Virus record (IMG/VR): IMGVR_UViG_3300032144_000012
Span: 1-57,283 of that record
Reading direction: 5' to 3' (one strand)
DNA: 57,283 nucleotides
From: a virus
Taxonomy: Duplodnaviria; Caudoviricetes
Shown: in pieces, positions 53,120-57,283 of the stretch
How the letters are laid out: each line of letters opens with the position of its first letter
Position numbering within the stretch: position 1 is the first letter of the stretch
Notes under the pieces: generated by a model
Database searches by the model: none
Seen by the model: only the letters and a program-made list of their open reading frames with translations
What the model was told of the DNA's origin: nothing
Position numbers and translations under genes: made by a program

Positions 53120-53556
53120 AGGCGATCACCGTGCGGCAGCCGTGGGCGTGGGCGATCGTGGACGGCCACAAGGACGTCGAGAACCGCACCCGGAACATCG
53201 CCGGGAAGTACCGGGGACCGCTGCTGATCCACGCGGGAGCAGCCTGGGACAAGACGGCGTTCGACCACCCGGTGCTCGCGAGGCTCCTGGCGAAGCACCT
53301 GGGCGTTACAGCGAACAACTACGTCGGCTCGTCACTACCCACCCGTTGCTTCGTCGGCCTCGTCACCCTCGAAAGCGTGCACTGGCCGACCGCTGGCTCG
53401 TGCTCGCCGTGGGCGATGCCGGACCACTTCCACCTCGTGCTCGGGGAGGGGCGGGAGTTCCACGGCGACGAGCGGGTGCCTGCCCGGGGCGCGCTCGGGC
53501 TGTGGACGCCGCCCGCCGAGGTGCTCGCCCAACTGCCGTTCGGCGGTGGCTCGTGA
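53116..53556 (+). CDS. ASCH domain protein
   Basis: KAITVRQPWAWAI..G.K.VENR..RG.L.IHAG..RG..GLW. Confidence 0.9.
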   Translation: MKAITVRQPWAWAIVDGHKDVENRTRNIAGKYRGPLLIHAGAAWDKTAFDHPVLARLLAKHLGVTANNYVGSSLPTRCFVGLVTLESVHWPTAGSCSPWAMPDHFHLVLGEGREFHGDERVPARGALGLWTPPAEVLAQLPFGGGS

Positions 53557-53765
53557 AGTGCCCCGCGTCGATCTGGTTCGACGTCGCCCCCTTCATCGAG
53601 GTCCCGTGCGCTCGGGTCGCAGGCCACGACGGTCCGCACGAGGTGATCCGGGACGTCTACAACCAGCCCAGCCAGTACAGCGACGAGAACCCATTCGGCC
53701 GCGGGCGGACCCGGACGCCCGTCGCCTTCACGTGGAGCGATGCACTGGCAGGCGGTAGCGCGTGA
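53553..53765 (+). CDS. Hypothetical protein
   Basis: C....GH.G.H; coupled. Confidence 0.45.
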   Translation: MKCPASIWFDVAPFIEVPCARVAGHDGPHEVIRDVYNQPSQYSDENPFGRGRTRTPVAFTWSDALAGGSA

Positions 53766-53944
53766 GCGGCCCACCGGAGGACGTGCGCGCCGCGTGGGCA
53801 GCGTCCTACGCCTCCGCCCAGGCCAGCCGTGAGCCCGCTGCGGTCGACAACGACCCGGAGCAGGTCCGACGCCACCAGATCGCCGAGGAACTCGACCGGG
53901 CCGGCATGAACGCCGCTGCCGCGCTCGTGCGGGGTGACGTCTGA
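53762..53944 (+). CDS. Hypothetical protein
   Basis: Coupled. Confidence 0.45.
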   Translation: MSGPPEDVRAAWAASYASAQASREPAAVDNDPEQVRRHQIAEELDRAGMNAAAALVRGDV

Positions 53945-54285
53945 TGCCGCAGCCGACCAGCATCTACCCGCGCGACATCGCCACCCTGGGCTGCCCAACG
54001 TGCGGTCACCGACCGCACGGGGAGCGGTGGTGCTTCGACGATGTCGAGGCCACCGACGGCTGGCCGATGCGGTGCCCCTGCAGGAACACCACATGGCTCG
54101 GCACCGAGCCCGCGCGGGAACCGTGGCACCCGAAGCCACGCCCCACCGTCCGGATCCGGATCACCTTCGACGCGAGCCAGTTCATCGCCGCAATGCAGAG
54201 GGTCGATGCAGCTGCACAACGCGCAGGCGCGGCGTTCGCCCGGGTGGCGCAGGAGATCGCGGCGAGCATGGAGCGCGAACGGTGA
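53944..54285 (+). CDS. Hypothetical protein
   Basis: TGATG coupling; Cys motifs. Confidence 0.5.
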   Translation: MPQPTSIYPRDIATLGCPTCGHRPHGERWCFDDVEATDGWPMRCPCRNTTWLGTEPAREPWHPKPRPTVRIRITFDASQFIAAMQRVDAAAQRAGAAFARVAQEIAASMERER

Positions 54286-54695
54286 CGGCCCCGCCGAAGC
54301 GCTGGACCGAGGCCTCCGGGTACGCCATCGTCGCCCGTCGCTCGGGCGGCCGGTGCGAACCCCGCCTACCTGGCTGCGCCGGCGAACGCGTCCAGACCCA
54401 CCACCGCGTCAACCGGTCCCAGGGCACCAACAACCAGCCCGCGAACCTGATCGGCGTCTGCGTCCACTGCCACCAGTGGATCGGCGCCCACTCCGCCCTG
54501 GCTGGAGCGCTCGGCCTGCACCTCCGCGAAGACCAGGACCCCACGACCGAGCCCGCGTTCCTCCACCCGAACGAGTGGTGGCCGGGCTGGTGGCTCCTCA
54601 CCGACGACGGGCTGTTCGTGCCCGCCGAACGGTGGGCCGACCAGGACGACGCCACGCCCGACTCGACCATCCCTGCACCCCAGATCGGAGCATGA
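54282..54695 (+). CDS. HNH-family nuclease
   Basis: RS.GRCE..C..HHR..RSQG....NL...C..CH..I. Confidence 0.78.
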   Translation: MTAPPKRWTEASGYAIVARRSGGRCEPRLPGCAGERVQTHHRVNRSQGTNNQPANLIGVCVHCHQWIGAHSALAGALGLHLREDQDPTTEPAFLHPNEWWPGWWLLTDDGLFVPAERWADQDDATPDSTIPAPQIGA

Positions 54696-54698
54696 CGC

Positions 54699-54947
54699 GT
54701 GACGATCCTCGCCTCCAGCCAGTCCCTGCTCGACGCACTGCGCGAGCTGGCCGAGATGACCCGCGAGCGTGACCGGGCCCGTGAGGTGGCGGTCGCGTTG
54801 GAGCAGGAGAACGAGATTCTGCGGAAGGCGCTGACTGACGCAGTCGAGGCTCTGCGCGAGGACGACGACGACTCGTTCAGCCGAACCGTCCAAGCGATCA
54901 TTCTCGAGAACGCCCTCGACTTCGCCGACGGGGAGGACGCGGCGTGA
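54699..54947 (+). CDS. Hypothetical coiled-coil protein
   Basis: ERDRAR..AVALEQE. Confidence 0.5.
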   Translation: MTILASSQSLLDALRELAEMTRERDRAREVAVALEQENEILRKALTDAVEALREDDDDSFSRTVQAIILENALDFADGEDAA

Positions 54948-55273
54948 TGGGCGCGGTCACCAGTCGTTCCTCGGTCGACGTCTTGAAGGACGCCCAGCGC
55001 TCGCGAAGGGGATTCGAGCCGGTCGACGCCCTGCTGCTGGTCGTCACCTTCATCATCGTGGTCCTGCTGTCCTTCGCTGCCCGGCCCCGTCAGCCCGACT
55101 ACGACCCGTACGCGACGGAGATGATGCAGCGTCCGGCGACCCGCGAGGAACTCTGCTCACTGCTCTCCGTGCTGCGGGATTGGCCCCGGGCCGTCTCGGA
55201 GCGGGGGAAGGCCGTTCAAGCGCAGGTGGCTGAGGCGTGGCAGACAGCTGAGTGCGCGGAGGTGTCCAAGTGA
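54944..55273 (+). CDS. Single-TM protein
   Basis: TM LLLVVTFIIVVLLSF. Confidence 0.5.
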   Translation: MMGAVTSRSSVDVLKDAQRSRRGFEPVDALLLVVTFIIVVLLSFAARPRQPDYDPYATEMMQRPATREELCSLLSVLRDWPRAVSERGKAVQAQVAEAWQTAECAEVSK

Positions 55274-55383
55274 CCCCGCATCCTGTCGCCGCGACCGTCG
55301 TGGCTGTCGTCGTCCTGGCCGTGTCCGCCGTGGTGGGTGCCCTGCTGGGGCGGGCAGTGATCGAGGCGGCGAGGGGACGGTGA
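55270..55383 (+). CDS. Small TM peptide
   Basis: GTGA overlaps; hydrophobic. Confidence 0.45.
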   Translation: MTPHPVAATVVAVVVLAVSAVVGALLGRAVIEAARGR

Positions 55384-55832
55384 GCGTGGACCTGGAGCGG
55401 GTGGCGTCCGTAGCGGCCCGTGAGGTTGAGCGACAGATCAAGGTCGTCGCCGAACGACCAGCCGCGACCGAGTGCCTGCTGATCGCTCACGCCTCGGTGC
55501 TTGAATCCGCTCACCGCCTGCCGACACTCGACGACGTTCGCTGGCTCGGCGCGATGATCGAACCGGACAAGGCGCGCACGTTCCGCGTCGGCCCAGCCGT
55601 GTTCCCGTCCGGGGGGACGGCGAACGACCACGAACTGATCGTGCCGAACCTCACCCGCATGTTCGACCTGCTCGACGCCGACACCGACACCGACCAGTTC
55701 GTGAAGGCGTTCCTCGACGTCCACCCGTTCCGTGACGGCAACGGCCGCACGGCGTGGGTCCTCTACAACTGGCTGCGCGGCACGCTCGGCCAGCCCGATC
55801 CCTTGCCCGACTACTACGGAGGCAACCCGTGA
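55380..55832 (+). CDS. Fic/Doc domain protein
   Basis: VHPFRDGNGRTA signature. Confidence 0.88.
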   Translation: MSVDLERVASVAAREVERQIKVVAERPAATECLLIAHASVLESAHRLPTLDDVRWLGAMIEPDKARTFRVGPAVFPSGGTANDHELIVPNLTRMFDLLDADTDTDQFVKAFLDVHPFRDGNGRTAWVLYNWLRGTLGQPDPLPDYYGGNP

Positions 55833-56110
55833 CCGCCGCGACGAGACTTCGGTCCATCATGCTGGTCACGGCTACCGGCGATCGCATCCAGATCGACACC
55901 ATCCGCAGCGGGTGCGGAACCCACTGGGCGACGTTCGTCCGCCTCTGGTCAGGCGGCACGACCGGCAAGCCGTACATCCAGCGGTGGCCGGACGAAGACG
56001 CGGCCCTCGATGGTCACTACGACGTCGCTCGCCACGTCCGGGAGCGGATGCAGTCGGGAGAGCCGCTCGACGGGTACATCCCGGGTGACAATAACCCTGT
56101 GACCTCGTAA
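55829..56110 (+). CDS. Hypothetical protein
   Basis: GGAGG RBS; GTGA coupling. Confidence 0.5.
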   Translation: MTAATRLRSIMLVTATGDRIQIDTIRSGCGTHWATFVRLWSGGTTGKPYIQRWPDEDAALDGHYDVARHVRERMQSGEPLDGYIPGDNNPVTS

Positions 56111-56148
56111 AACACGAACCGCCCCACCCCCGGCCAGGGGAGGGGCGG
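56109..56148. terminator. Hairpin/terminator
   Basis: CCGCCCCACCCC (56119-56130) pairs with GGGGAGGGGCGG (56137-56148); A-rich on the left. Confidence 0.55.
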
Positions 56149-56232
56149 AACGTACAGGAGGGCGGCACCCCGGAGGGTGTGGCAGTCGCGTGGACCGCGA
56201 CCCCACGATAACCGCCGGGACCGGGAGCCACC

Positions 56233-56829
56233 GTGAACGACGCGACACCCATGGACTGCGCCGACGCCTCAAGTAGCCAGTCCGATCCGAGCAGCCCCAT
56301 AAAGGCGCAAGCGCACCCCGGCAGGAAGCGCGGCGCCGACCCGAACCCAATCCACCCCCCAGGCCCCGCGCCGGACGCGCTGCTGAGTCTGGTCGACACC
56401 TGGCCGACACGGTTCACGTCGAAGTTCGAGATCACCCCCGAATGCTGGGTCTGGACCGCATGCAGGGACTCGTACGGCTACGGCAGGTACGGGCGCCCCG
56501 GTGGTCGAGGCACAGGTCTAGCGCACCGCTACGTGTATGAACTGGCATACGGGGAGCCACCGACACCTGGTCTCGTGATGGACCACCTGTGCCGGAACCC
56601 CTCGTGTGTGCGCCCGGACCACCTCGACCTCGTCCCACAGGGCACCAACGTGGAGCGCGGGGCAGTCGGGAACTCCTCGGGCCTCTGTAGGTCCGGACGG
56701 CATCCATGGGTGGCGGAGAACATCGTCGTGGACGGAGCGGCGAGACGCTGTCGGCCCTGCCGCAATGAGTGGTATCGCGACCGGGAACGGCGCCGCCGAG
56801 CCGCTGCGACGGAAGGGCGGGCTGCCTGA
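56233..56829 (+). CDS. HNH homing endonuclease (His-Cys type)
   Basis: CWVW..GYG..AHR..DHLCRN..CV.PDHL..N; start uncertain. Confidence 0.85.
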   Translation: MNDATPMDCADASSSQSDPSSPIKAQAHPGRKRGADPNPIHPPGPAPDALLSLVDTWPTRFTSKFEITPECWVWTACRDSYGYGRYGRPGGRGTGLAHRYVYELAYGEPPTPGLVMDHLCRNPSCVRPDHLDLVPQGTNVERGAVGNSSGLCRSGRHPWVAENIVVDGAARRCRPCRNEWYRDRERRRRAAATEGRAA

Positions 56830-57283
56830 TGGCCCAGCAATGCGCCGCGAACTCCAAGAGCACGGGCAAGCAGTGCGCCCGGAAGGCCATCGAAGGCGGC
56901 TTCACGTGCCGCGTCCACGGGTCCGGCACGAAAGCTGCGAAGGAAGCCGCCGCCCGCCGCCTCCAGCTAGCCGAAGCCGAACGGGCCGTCGTCTCCTTCG
57001 GCGCCCGCACCGACATCACCCCCGCCGAGGCCCTCCTCGAACAGGTCCAGTGGTGCCACGGGCACGTCGTGTGGCTGCGGGGCATGGTTCAGGCCCTCGA
57101 AGCCGAACAGTTGGCCGGCGGGGTCACGAAGCGCGCCGAGAAGGACGCACCCCTCGGCGTCGAGACGACGGAGACGTGGGAGGCCCGCCCCTCGGTGTGG
57201 CACGTCCTGTACGCCGAGTGGTCGGACCGGCTCGTCGCCGTGTGCGCTGCGGCGCTCAAGGCTGGTGTCGAACAGCGGAAGAT
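56829..57283 (+). CDS. Probable terminase small subunit-like protein (3' truncated)
   Basis: C.A..K.TG..C.......C..HG N-terminal motif (HGGxSTG-like) plus helical body; lies after an HNH at the end of the early arm. Confidence 0.5.
   Translation, partial: MAQQCAANSKSTGKQCARKAIEGGFTCRVHGSGTKAAKEAAARRLQLAEAERAVVSFGARTDITPAEALLEQVQWCHGHVVWLRGMVQALEAEQLAGGVTKRAEKDAPLGVETTETWEARPSVWHVLYAEWSDRLVAVCAAALKAGVEQRK

Overview
This high-GC window reads as a nearly complete temperate actinobacteriophage (siphovirus-type) genome or prophage. It starts inside the terminase large subunit and ends inside a probable terminase small subunit. Module order: head (1-5543), neck and tail (5556-15042), tail-tip/accessory virion proteins including a GH71-like glycanase and a glycerophosphodiesterase (15109-21208), and lysis (21210-23812; amidase and holins, no LysB, so probably a non-mycolate host). 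An unexpected actinomycete plasmid/AICE-type transfer cassette follows (about 24113-28837): a GntR/KorA-like repressor, a DUF2637/Spd-like membrane protein carrying a dense CCCTCA/TGAGGG motif cluster, a TraA-like gene and an FtsK-like TraB translocase. Then come small accessory genes, an integrase-repressor-Cro switch (32559-34310) and a long early/replication arm. That arm holds an exonuclease plus RecT-like pair, two WhiB, a resolvase, Dam and Dcm methylases (Dcm contains an overlapping alternate-frame ORF), two replication-initiator paralogs, HNHs, ASCH and Fic. The most interesting signal is an apparently intact phage carrying a TraB/Spd/Kor single-protein conjugation module. All family assignments come from motif recognition by eye; no searches were run.
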